A program made the translations under genes and the position numbers. Positions 36,632 through 48,600 of a stretch of DNA of 64,000 nt are shown here, one piece after another. Positions within the stretch are counted from its first letter, which is position 1; each line of letters opens with the position of its first letter. Origin of the DNA: Azolla caroliniana (Eukaryota > Plantae > Polypodiophyta); NCBI GenBank assembly GCA_043228905.1, contig JBHGNT010000007.1, positions 6,076,001-6,140,000 of the forward strand, in the 5' to 3' direction. The notes beneath the pieces were generated by a model. It did no database searches and was not told the DNA's origin. It saw only the letters and a list, made by a program, of their open reading frames with translations.

Positions 36632-38785
36632 TTGAACTATGGTAATCCCAAAACAATAGGATGTTCTGGGATACTAATTATATTAAAGGATACTACACAC
36701 ACTAAATTATCTAGGACAATATTAACGGGCTCTGACTCTTCTATGATATTTCCAGAAGCAATGGGACGACCATCAATGACTACTACAAAGGCTTACTTTC
36801 AGTTAAATTGTGAAGTAATGCCCACTACAGGTAGGATGCATCTTTCTGATAATTATACACGTCGGGAAGTTTATGATGTCTATCGATCTTATATGCTGGG
36901 CTCACGTAATAAGTCTATCACCTATAGCCAATTCACAAGATTATGGAGAGCTCGGTTTTCAAATGTTATTATTCCTCGTAAAGTACGTATGGGGTATTGC
37001 TCCATTTGTGCAAATCTTAAAAGTTTGGCTAAAGGTGCAAAGACATCAATGGAAAAGGATACGAGTAAGAAGTTACTACAAGAGCATCGTGAGGCACAAT
37101 CCTTAGAACGAAAGAAGGCGATGCATCATAGAGAGAAGTGTTTGAAGAGGCCCGAACAATACATGTGCTTAATGATAGATGGCATGGACCAGAAGAAGAC
37201 ATGCTTGCCGCATATGCGGAGGCTCCCCAATGATGTTAATGATGAGTGCCTTGTTCAAATGCAGTTGGTGGGATGCTTGACTTATAATAGGTCTGTTCGA
37301 CCTAACGTCTTCATTACTTACCCCAATGTTCACAATGACCCTAACCTAACAGTTACAGTGATTCACCGAGTTTTGATGTCTTGGGGCCAACCTTTCCCCC
37401 CTGTTCTATACATTCAATTGGACAATACTGCTAGAGAGAACAAAAATTCAATTGTATTTGGCTATCTAAGTATGTTGGTCAACCTAGAATTGTTTAGGAA
37501 AGTGAAAGTCAATTTCCTTTTGGTTGGCCACACACATGACCATATAGATCAGATGTTTAGCACATTCTCCAGACAGTTGTCTCGGCATGATGCTTTCACT
37601 TTACCTAAACTATTTGATGTCATTTGTGATGCTTATACACCACGCCCAAAAGTGTTACACTTGAAGGAGGTATATGACTTTAAGAGATATATATTAGATG
37701 GGGGTGGTGGGAATGTTAAAGTGCTTGCTTAGTTAAACAATATAAGTTTCAATCACATTTTTATGATAAAGAAAAATGGAATAAGTGGTTCTACACTTTT
37801 GTATGCTAAACAATATTCATCTTCTACAACATGGGAACCTGAAGGTGGTTGCCAGTTATTACTTTGTATGCCGAGTACAATTGTCCATGGAGCTAAGCAA
37901 ATGCCAATTGAGAAGAAAGGACAGTTGTAGAGCGACTTGGTATCAGAACAAAAACGGTCCTGGCTCCAAGCCTTAGAAGAAAAAAGAAAGCATATTGAGG
38001 CCGCCAAGAAATATGCCGTACAACAAGACACGTCATGGTGGGATGTATTTTATAGTGATCCGAAAGAAATTATAGACAATTGTGTATCTGTTGATAATTG
38101 GAATTTGGAAATGCCATTCACATGGTTGCTGCAACATGATCGCGTAAATAGAACTCCGGAGCAACTAGTAAATGCGATTAATGACAGCTTGATCCATCCA
38201 CAACAAAGAGACATTTATGTGGGACCAAGGATGACCAAAGCAGCCGAAGCTAGATGGCAAGGAAATTTTCAAGAGCTCACCGCGGGGATGTTGATTGCAA
38301 CGCCGGCTGATGAGAACTCACATGGCCACCAATTTTGGGTTGGTAAAATTCTAGAAGTGCTAATGCATGAAATAGAAAACACGATCAAGTCTATAAATCT
38401 TCATTGGTACAACACTAGAAGTGCAAATGCTTTTATAGGTAAGTATACATTGGAGATGATCGAATGCCCAACAAGAAGGGGAGGTAGGAAGAGGAAGCGA
38501 GACATTCGTAACACCTCGACCCTTGATATCTCTGATGTGGATATCATCGTGTACGACTTCACACTTACAAAAGCCGGACGATTAAGGAAGTCAACAATAG
38601 ATATAATAAAAGAAAAATTACCAGGTCTACAAGGTGGCTCGAGTCAAAGGCAAATGAGATCTGCTACATATAATCTAGAGTCAAACCATTTGGTTTATGA
38701 CGAAGATAATGCACTGATTGGTACATCCGAGGATGATGAGGAGGAATCGTCATTGTATATTAGTTATAGTAGTGATTCTTCGTAA
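36632..38785 (+). pseudogene. Sola-like DDD transposase pseudogene (DNA transposon)
   Basis: One frame broken by TAG stops (~37730, ~37928). Motifs CSIC...H, IDGMDQKKT, YIQLDNTARENKN and FLLVGHTHDHIDQMFS. Superfamily call is from motif memory. Confidence 0.65.
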
Positions 38786-39806
38786 AGGAGTGATCATGAA
38801 TGTATATTTGGCTATTAAGTGTAACTACATTCCGCTTGTAACAAATCGAGTAATATAAAAGCATGTGTTTTGAATTCTTATGATTTCTAAAAAATCGTTT
38901 CTTATAAAATAACATTGGTTGTAAAGTTTGTGATATAAATTGAGAATGTATCTTTTTGAAATTCGTCTTTTTTTAGTTACTTCTAAATCACGAAAATAGT
39001 GGATTTTTAACCTTTTTCATAGTATGTTTGAACATGTATGATACTGGTATCAACGTGTTTTGTAAAATCATTGAAAAACCCCTAAAATTTCCCTTATCCT
39101 TCCATTTATGCGCGATCCTTCCACTTGTGAACCCGAACGTGTTTTTTGCCCTTATCTCGGCATAAGTTGGACACGTGCATGTAAAGAGGTACTCATCCTC
39201 TATCTCTATGTGACATAATCTACATATCCTTTCCTTTCTAGGGACTCCATTAGTACGAACATTCTCAATCTCAAGTTGGTAAGATGATATTCTAAGTTGT
39301 CCATGTTGATCGAATATGTGTGGAAAAGTATGTATGAGGATCTGTCGTAGTGTTCAGCAAACAACACAGAAGGAAAGCTTTGATATATTACGTTCTTTCT
39401 CACTCTCACTCTCACTCTCACTCAAAGATTGCTATACAAGATGATCAAGAAGTTCTCTCTCTTTTACACCGTTAGGTTATTGCTTATATAATAAGCCCTA
39501 ACTCTTTTGGACGAGTTCACATTAGGATACAAATTGGAAGGAGTCGGCCTTTTATGCCAACAAACTCCCTCGTAAAAGGACTACTCTTTCATGCATGTAC
39601 AAGTGTTTGAGGTTATCTCCCAGTAAACCTAGATTACAATATTAAGCTAAGTTTATATTTACAAGTCAGTCGCCATGTGGCTGAGTCGGCAGAGATGTGT
39701 TCAATGTCTAGCTTGGTTTGGCTAGTCAATCAGATTGACTTGTCTGAGTCGATCGGTTGGACTTCCCTTTTGCTCCTCGTTCGGCCTTGTTCTGCTTCGT
39801 TGCTTG

Positions 39807-41430
39807 TCACAATTCCATCTTTGTCCTTAGTGCTCCGGAGCGTTGATCTAGGAGTGGCTTCGTCAGGCAATCGACGATGTTCACCTCAGTGTCAATCTTC
39901 CGGACTTCGAGTTTTTTCTTGGTTATGAGCTCCCGGATGTGATGATACCGCACTTCAATATGCTTTTTCTTTGTGTGATAGACAAGATTGTTGATGAGGT
40001 GTATAGCGCTCTGGGAGTCGCAATAGATGGTTGGCGCTGGTTGGTCATTTTGGCTTGTAGGTAAGAAATCAACAGTTAGTCGGTGCAACCAGATCACATC
40101 TTTTTCTGCCTCTGATGCTGCTATGTACTCGGCCTTTGTGGTCGACAGGGCCATGCGCTCTTGAAGCTTCGACCTCCATGATATAGCACCGCCACCATAG
40201 GTGAAAATATAGCTTGTTGTTAATTTCCGATTGTCCATATTACCGGCATAGTCGGAGTTAGTGTAGCCTTTGACTTCGGCTAAGGTTGTCAAACCAAAAG
40301 TCAGTTGTGTATCTTCGGTCCCTCTTAGGTACCTGAAGATGTGCTTGACGGCCTCCCAATGCTTCCATCCTAGGTTTGACATGTACCGGATGACCACCCC
40401 TATGACATGGGCTAGGTCGGGTGGGGTCGTCACCATTGCGTACATGATACCTCCTATGTCTGATGCATAGGTCATCTTTCCATTAAGATCTATCTCTTTG
40501 TCAGTTGAAGGAGAGTCTTTGTCTGATAGTTGGATCGACGTCAAAAGCGATATTGGTGTTGGCTTTGCATTTTCCATATTGAAGCACTTCAAGACCTTTC
40601 GGATATACGGATATAATCGAACTGGAAGAGTCGGGGAGAGTCTTGGTTGTCCGATTTCGCTCGATCCTCATGCCAGTATGTGACAGGCTTGTCCGAGTTC
40701 CTTCATCAAAAACTTGTCATGAAGGCTTTGCTTTAACTTTCCGATCTTTGCTTGATATCTTCGAGCAGTCAACATGCCGTCAACATATAGGATCAGATAA
40801 ATCCTAGGCTCGTTGGCCAATTACCAAATGTACATGCATGGGTCAAAGTCCAATAGGTAGTATCCAAGCTGCCTCCTGTAGGAGTCGAACTTCTGGTACC
40901 ACCTCCTAGGCGCTTGTTTCAAGCCATGGAGACTTTTCTTCAAGCGGCATACAAGGTGACTTTCCTCCATCGTCGCTGTGAGGCCTGCTGGTTGAGACAT
41001 GTAAATGTCTTCTTCCAGACCTCCGTGTAGGAACGTCGTCTTTAAATCTAGCTGCTCTACCTCTAGGTCTTCTGTCGCCACAACTGCTAGTAGGAGTCTG
41101 AGGGTGGTCATCTTGACTACTAGTGAGAATATCTCGTCGTAGTCGACCCCATGTTCTTGTTTTAACCCTTTCGCGACAAGCCGAGCTTTGGACATGGGTT
41201 TCTCTAAGTTAGATGCATATTTGTATTGGAAAACCCATTTGAAAGGTAGCGGCTTTCTTCGAGCTGGTAGTTCGACCAACTCCCATGTTTGATATTGTCA
41301 AATTGAGTCCATCTCAGATTGCATGGCTTGTAGCCATGCTTCGGTGTCCAATGCGCTATAGCTTCTTCATAAGTGCTTGGTTCACTTGCATTCGTGTAGT
41401 TGACGTAATCAAGCGGTTGATGAAACTCTG
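39807..41430 (-). pseudogene. pol: copia RT-RNaseH of J
   Basis: KARLVAKG, QLDLKTTFLHG, YTNSDYAG, YCDSQSAI and HIEVRYH motifs, with stops. Confidence 0.9.
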
Positions 41431-41850
41431 TAGGCCTTCTGATTCGTCTGGATCTCTTGAGTGCCGATTTTGTTGGTTTGAACTCTACAGTCGGCTCGTC
41501 CGGCTGATCAGTATTACTTCAACCATCTTCAGGAGTCCTGTTGGATGACTCACCCCTGTAGTAGGGTTTCGGTGATGACATGGCATCCTTCCCTCCTTCG
41601 GAATTAGTTGACTTAGAGGTAGAGGGCTTGGCCGACTCGATTATGTTCTTCTCTTTGGCTTGGGATGGGTTGGTTGGGTCGACACTGTTGTTTCCGGCTC
41701 ACACCTTGTTGACTTTGTCTTTTTTGTCTTTGATGGTTTTATCTTTGAGTTCGACTAGTGGACCTCCTACCAATTCGGAGTCAGCAGGTATGTTGTTGGC
41801 TTGGTCTAGTGCAATTGTTTATCGAATCTCCGATTTGGCTTGGTGGGACG

Positions 41851-44800
41851 TGTTGTACGTTTTAGGGTTAGGGTTAATGGTAATGATGATTGGTGATGGA
41901 GATGGTGTGTTTAATGAGGATGATGAGCGTTATGGGATCGATGGTGAGAGAGACGACAAGCATTGAAAAGCATTGTGGGGTGGGGGGTGGTGCTTAGAAT
42001 GGCTCCACCCCCCTCCCAAGGGGGTTCAACGTTAAGGAGAGGGAAGAGAGAGAGGGAGAGAGAGAAGACAAGAGAGAGATTGAGAGAGAAAATGATCATT
42101 GTATTCATTCATTCCCCATAAGGGGTTAAATAGGTACGAAAGGGTAGATACACAAGGGTGCAAGCCTCTTGGGCATTCACACCTAGTCACTCACTTACAC
42201 CTCTTTGTATCCACCACACTCACACTTACATTCACACTCATAATCGTATAAGATTACATACACATACATTACTTCTTTCACCCTCACTTATCAATCACCC
42301 GTACATCTCGTACGGTAACACAATATGGCACGCCTATGGGAGAGTGCCTTGCACATCGATCCCACATGCCTTGATCATAATCGTTCTTCGAGCGGAACTT
42401 CCATCGTTCCTCTCAACGATCGACTCCCTCGATTGGAGCACTTGACTCGAACATCTCCGTTGGTCAGCGAATCTTCCGTGACACAAACATTCTCGTTCTA
42501 TCGACTTACGAACTTTGGTATCCTCTTTCGAGTCCTTAAAAACGTTGTGTGTATGTATATCTTCCTTTTGTTGATTTTGTGAGTTGTGTGTGGATCACAT
42601 CCAATTCTTTTAGGTTCATGTGTTTTCGAAATTCCGTAGGTGCCCTTTGGTTTTTAAAATTCTATCATGTACCCTTATGTTTTTAAAGTTATGCTTGATA
42701 CCCTTAAATGTTTTAAAATTTCATGGATGCCCTCATCTCCTTTTTCCCCTCTCTCTTTTTTCTATTTGCTTTTGTCTCTCCCGCTCGTGTCTGTCTGTCC
42801 ATGCCTTTCTCTTCTTCCATGAATTCTTCTTTCTCTTCCTTCTCTGTTAATCAACGCCTACATCTCCTTCCGCTTCTTCTTCTTCTTCGTCTTCTTGTAT
42901 ATCATCTCCTTTCTTCTTCTTTCTTTGTCTCTCATGCTTGCTTCTTTGTCTCTCCATGACTCCTTCCATTTCTCCTATCTTTCTTTCTCTTCTTCTCTGT
43001 TTGTGCTGCTCCGTGCTTTCTTCTCCTTCATTCTTTTCTGCATTTTCTTTGTTTCAGTTGGCTACACATCTCTGTCGCGTCGTCCATCTTTGTGCGGCCA
43101 TTGTCCGACGCCGACGTTATTCGGTCATCTCTATCTTTGTTTCTGTCGCAGTTCAGCCGTGTCTTTCTGGCTATCCGGCTTGTCATTTCGGCCGTTGGTT
43201 GTCCAACCATCGCCCTCGCTTTGGCAACTATTCTGTCATTCTGGCTGGTCTGGCTATCTCCTAGCCATTCTGGCCATTTTGGCCGCTCCGACCACTGTTC
43301 GGCTTTGTCTGGTCGCCGCTCTAGCCATCGCCATCGTTGTCTGTTGCCTGTGTCGGCCGTCCGGTTCGGCCGCCTCCGGTTTGGCACCGTTCGACCACTC
43401 TGACCGTTATGTGTCGTTGCACATTCCGGAAATCGATCCAACCGCTATCCGGCAGCTGCCGCTCTGCCGCTGCCATTATACGACCACCGTTCCATTCGGC
43501 GGCTGCCGTTGTCTCTGTCCAACCGGGTCGTTGTTGGTCGGCCACCACTCTAGCCGTTGGTATGTGGCCACCATCGTCCGATCGTTGTCCCGACTCCGTC
43601 ACCCTTTCGACTATTCGGCCCATTTTGATTGTTATTGTCTTTCTGGCCCTCCAGCCACTTTTCGGCTATCCATCTTTGTCACCATTTCGGTCATCATCCG
43701 GTTGTCAGTGTCCTACACTGTCACCATCACCATTGTTTGTCATGTCTTCCTTGTCCAACACTGTTTGTCTGTGTCTCCGACTCCGTCCGGTCCGTTTTAG
43801 TCCGTCCGGCTGTTTGTACCAGCTGTTTTTGGTCGTTTGTCCAGCCGCTGCTGCTCTGGCCGACGATCCGTCATCGTACGTCATTCTAGCCACTCCGACT
43901 GTTGTCTGGCTACTCTTCAGCCGTTGTTCGGCCATTCCGACCACTCTCCAACCATTTCGACCGCTCCGGTTGCTCTTGTGTGGTAACTCTCCGGACTATC
44001 CGACTGCTCGAATTGCTGTCCGACCGTCTCCATCTTCGTCGTTGTCTAGCGTCGTCTAGTCTGGCCGCCTCTTTTCCGGCGCCGTTCAGCCTCTACGACC
44101 GCTCTTCAGTCGCTCTGTATCAGGGTTAGTATAGGGGCCAAAGGCACGCACTTAGGGTTAGTACACGAAGAGTTTGGGGTAAACTTATAAGGACCATGGG
44201 TGTAGGAGAAACTAGGGCTAGGGTATCTAGTGGAAGGAATGGTAGAGGAGTTAGGGTTAGGGAAACATGAACAGAAACTGGGGTTAGGGTTATAGGACTA
44301 GTGATTATCCAAAGACCAAAAATGATGATAATGCTCGGAGGCATCATTAATCTACCATTTTCATGATTTCTTGCACATTTCTTGTACATTGTTGGTTTGA
44401 TTTCTTGCTCTCTCGGACATACTTCTACCGCATATCATTCCGTGAGTTCCTCTCGCACATCATACTGCCGCGGATCATTCGTCGACTCCATCTCCAAAGG
44501 GGGGTTGCCTTAGTGGTCGCCAAATAGTGTTGTACGTTTTAGGGTTAGGGTTAATGGTAATGATGATTGGTGATGGAGATGGTGTGTTTAATGAGGATGA
44601 TGAGCGTTATGGGATCGATGGTGAGAGAGACGACAAGCATTGAGAAGCATTGTGGGGTGGGGGGTGGTGCCTAGAATGGCTCCACCCCCCTCCCAAGGGG
44701 GTTCAACGTTAAGGAGAGGGAAGAGAGAGAGGGAGAGAGAGAAGACAAGAGAGAGATTGAGAGAGAAAATGATCATTGTATTCATTCATTCCCCATAAGG

Positions 44801-44997
44801 GGTTAAATAGGTACGAAAGGGTAGATACACAAGGGTGCAAGCCTCTTGGGCATTCACACCTAGTCACTCACTTACACCTCTTTGTATCCACCACACTCAC
44901 ACTTACATTCACATTCATAATCGTATAAGATTACATACACATACATTACTTCTTTTACCCTCACTTATCAATCACCCGTACATCTCGTACGGTAACA
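41851..44997 (-). mobile_element. Element N: non-autonomous, non-coding LTR element (3147 bp, TRIM/LARD-like)
   Basis: 470-bp near-identical LTRs 41851-42320 and 44528-44997. Perfect GGACG TSD. PBS TGGCGACCAC on the minus strand (44522-44513). No gag/pol motifs. Orientation inferred from CCTATTTAA followed by a CT-rich tract and from the TGTTACCG terminus shared with F. Confidence 0.92.
42326..42342 (-). other. tRNA-Arg 3'-end-like motif at the PPT position of N
   Basis: Element sense reads CTCCCATAGGCGTGCCA-tattg-LTR. Confidence 0.75.
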
Positions 44998-45623
44998 GGA
45001 CGGTCCTTCTACGACATCTTTGTCAGCTTCAAACGATGCCTTTTTACCAACTATTTTCTGTTGGTTTTGTTGAGAGAAGATAGAGTCTTCTTTGAAGACT
45101 ATATCACTACTTCGGATGAGTTTCCGGTTCTCCGAGTCCCATAGCCTATAGCCTGTTACCGGCCGACAAAGGAGTCCAGAGTGTGAAACGGAGGAGTTAA
45201 TTAATTATTAGGAATGGTTGTAAGTAAGCTATTAGTGTGGACGGACGGACTGGAATCGGTATGCCGTTCCGGATCCGAACTGATCCCGAACAGGTGCGGA
45301 TGGCACCGTTTTGTACTACAGACCGGAAACCTATTTAAAGGCCTGGATACAATGTAATGAGCAGCGGATAATTAATAAAGATTAGTGTTTTTATCTCTCT
45401 GTGTTAATTGCCATTCTGCATTCATTGTTATATCTTACACGTGTGATTATTAAGGACGATCTTGCTAAGTAGCTTAATTAAGTCGGATTAATCGTTGAGT
45501 CTAATCCTATTGCCGTAACACCCCTTTGGTGAAGTGTCTTCCGTAGATACCCTATGTTAGGCCATTGTCCGGCCCTAAGAGTTAACATAGTTTTTGGCGA
45601 CCACGATTCCTATTTTTGCAGCG

Positions 45624-48600
45624 AATGACGACACGAATGGATGACTAGATCAATGCACGACCTGGTTACAGATTGAACTCGACGCCTCACCGAAAGGCAA
45701 AGGAGACGTGAGGCTTTCCAGCAAGCGGCGCAGGAAATTAGAGCGGATCGCTCGTTTTCCAACGTAATCCGGAGAGTAGCGGAGGAGTCCCTCTGGTTAC
45801 AGCAAACATCGCACCTGGACGACGACAGCAACCTAAGCAGCCTCCGGGAAACCGAATCCCTTCTCCAGGCGTTGGCAAGCGGAGAAGGTGAAGCAGAAGC
45901 CTTTTAAGCGTATGAATCGGATTCCGAAGGGGAATACATCGTGCACACGAACTACCGTAGCAGCAACGAAACCCCGGGCGGACCGGAGGACGAAGGATCA
46001 GACACCTTACCGACACCGGAACCAGAAGTGCTAAGGCTGGAACCTCCGGAACCAGTAGAGGAAGAGCGACCTCCGACACTGGAAGTCGAGGAGGAGAGGC
46101 CTCCGTAACCAAAAGAAGAGGAAAGACCACTGACGCCGGAAACAAATCAAGAAAGACCATCGACGCCGGAGAAAAACCAGGAACGACCACCAACACCGCC
46201 AGCCCGTGCACCGATACCGGACGACGACATGTCGTTCTAGTACTCCAAGTATAGAGATGATCCGGACGCGGAAGCTCATGTTCACGCCTTTGAACAGACA
46301 TGGGAAGCAAACCATGTGTCCCAGCGATTGACCCCGGAAGAAGAGGAACGCTCTAAGATAGCAGAATTTGGCATCACATTGCAGGGACCGGCAGCGAGAT
46401 GGCGCCGGACGCAGGACCCGTCTACCATCACCACCTTCGCAGATTTAAAAGCTAAATTCTTGCATTTTTTCCAAAAGGAGGTGGACCAGACAGTAATGGT
46501 GGGCTTATTTTATACCATCCGACAGGAGGCAGAGGAGAGCATTCCCCAGTTTGTCATCCGGTTTCAACGGATGCATAGTCAGCTTGCCCGTGCACCCCCG
46601 AAGGAGGAATTACGGACTATATTCCTAAATGCGCTCCGAGAACCCCTATGCACGGTTTGCACGGTCATTGACTTCCGCGCAAGTACCATCGACCAGGTCA
46701 TTGACCGGGTGAGAGAGATGGAAAAGACAAGCTCCTAGCTCACACTGGGAGCACTCCAACGGGCGTTACCGTCCGATGAAAACCTCCGGTTTCGGCAAGC
46801 AATACAGTGCACAACTTGCTTGAATTCCGGACACTTGGCACTAGAATACATTATGAGGACGCAATGTGTAATCTGTCAATCCAAGGGCCATACGACGGAT
46901 AGGTGCGAGTATAATCTATTGAACCGACAAGCACCACCCGTCTGACAAATAGAGCCACGCAGCAGCCGGGATGAAGAAGAGGAACGCTGGCGGTGAATGG
47001 ACTGCGACCGACCGGCACAGGATGTCCGGTATGGCGATCGACGGGATAACTACGACCAGCATGATAGATATGATCGGTACCGGGATTACAATAGACGATA
47101 CGAACATTACGACCGGGAGCACTCCCCCGTGTATCGTCAGCAACGGGAGGAATACGGCAGATATAACGACCAACCTCGTCAAGAGTACCGCAATAAGAAC
47201 TATAACAAAAAATGGCAATTCAAAAAAGGCGGCTACCCACAGGATTCGGAACAAGGAGCTTCAAGCAGCCAACCGGCCCAAAACCCCGCGCTTACCACGG
47301 GACCTGCCTCAAGTACAACAGACAATGCCGAATCCAGCAATACCCGGAAAGCCTACTGCTACTACTATCGACAGGAAGGCCATTATAGTAATCAATGCCC
47401 AGCGAAGAGCTATGACAAACGACCGACAATAAATATGGTAGTCCCTGAAGTGGCAGATTTGCAGCAGGTGACCACAAGGTCGAAAGGCATGGGCAAGGAA
47501 TGGGAGACATAGGAGACCATCCGGAATGGGTGAAGAAAGCAAACGAGCAAAATGTCACAGACTTACAGCGGCAAAAGGAGAACACCATAGGGCTTGCCGG
47601 CGGTAGTCACTCCGAGAACGAGACATGGCAGGCGTTGCAAGAATGCCAGATTACGTTGCCACTAGGAAGACTCCTACAGCTCGTGCCGAGATTCACAGAA
47701 GGACTGAAGACAGCCATGACAGAAGGAGAATCATCACCGACACCGGTACTCTTCTCGAATCTGGAGGAGGGACCAACGGTGGTGGACACCAACAGTCCGG
47801 TAATTACTGCCATTGTAAAAGGGAAAAAACTCCCCGACACAGTAATAGATGGAGGCTTCGAGGTGAATGTAATAAGCCTCCGGACGTGTGATGCCCTAGG
47901 AATCCACAAATGGGAGCCGTGTCCGTTCTGGTTACGGATGGCCAATACAAGCTCAGTGCGGCCGACAGGATTAATACGAAAATTAGAAGTCACTGTTGGC
48001 GGTCATACATTTCACATCTCGGTAGTAGGGCTACAATTACAGGCACAAGGCACATACTCGCTATTGCTGGGGCGGCCGTGGTTGAAAATGGCACATATCA
48101 AACAGAATTGGAGGAAAAATATAATTACCTTCCGGCGAGGAAAAGCCAAGGTACGGGTACCAACACAGCCAAGGACGAGCACTGGCAAGGAATGTACACC
48201 GTTGTATGCAGAGTGCGTCAACATGCTAGAAGGGTTAGCTGACGAAGAAGAAGCTCAGTACTTACAGGAAAACCCAAAGATCGTACCCCTCTTCGAAATT
48301 GACATTGCCAAAGCAGCAGCACCATACTTACCGCAGCCGGAAGAGACTAAAGCAGAACCGGATAAAAACGCAATCCAAGAGTTACGGCAAGCGCAGGAAG
48401 CGTTGGAACGGGAAATGGTCGTTTCACAGCGTGTAAAAGTGTCGCAACTTGAAGAGGTGAACCTAGGGACCACAGACGAAGCAAAACCGGTGCACATCGC
48501 CAAGGAGATGAAGTTCAAAGACAAAACGACGATGATCACACTTCTCACGGAATTTCGCGACGTGTTTGCCTGGTCATACGAAGATATGCGAGGGCTTGAC

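Noticed and set aside
37938-37949. TGGTATCAGAAC as a tRNA-Met PBS
   Set aside because: It lies inside the transposase frame with no adjacent LTR.
13553-39562. LTRs at 13553 and 39343 as the two ends of one element
   Set aside because: No PPT or PBS inside them and no TSD. The copia body lies to the right of 39562.
42615-42735. Short TACCCTT...TTTTAAA repeats as a MULE/MITE terminus
   Set aside because: No matching inverted copy or TSD found.
42895-44059. 301-aa and 240-aa hydrophobic ORFs inside N as an env-like or membrane protein
   Set aside because: They arise from pyrimidine-rich low-complexity DNA, are open in several frames and have no recognisable motif.
44495-44505. AAAGGGGGG as a plus-strand PPT for N
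   Set aside because: It lies over 20 nt from the LTR with the TGGCGACCAC site in between, and LTR motifs shared with F favour minus orientation. Not fully excluded.
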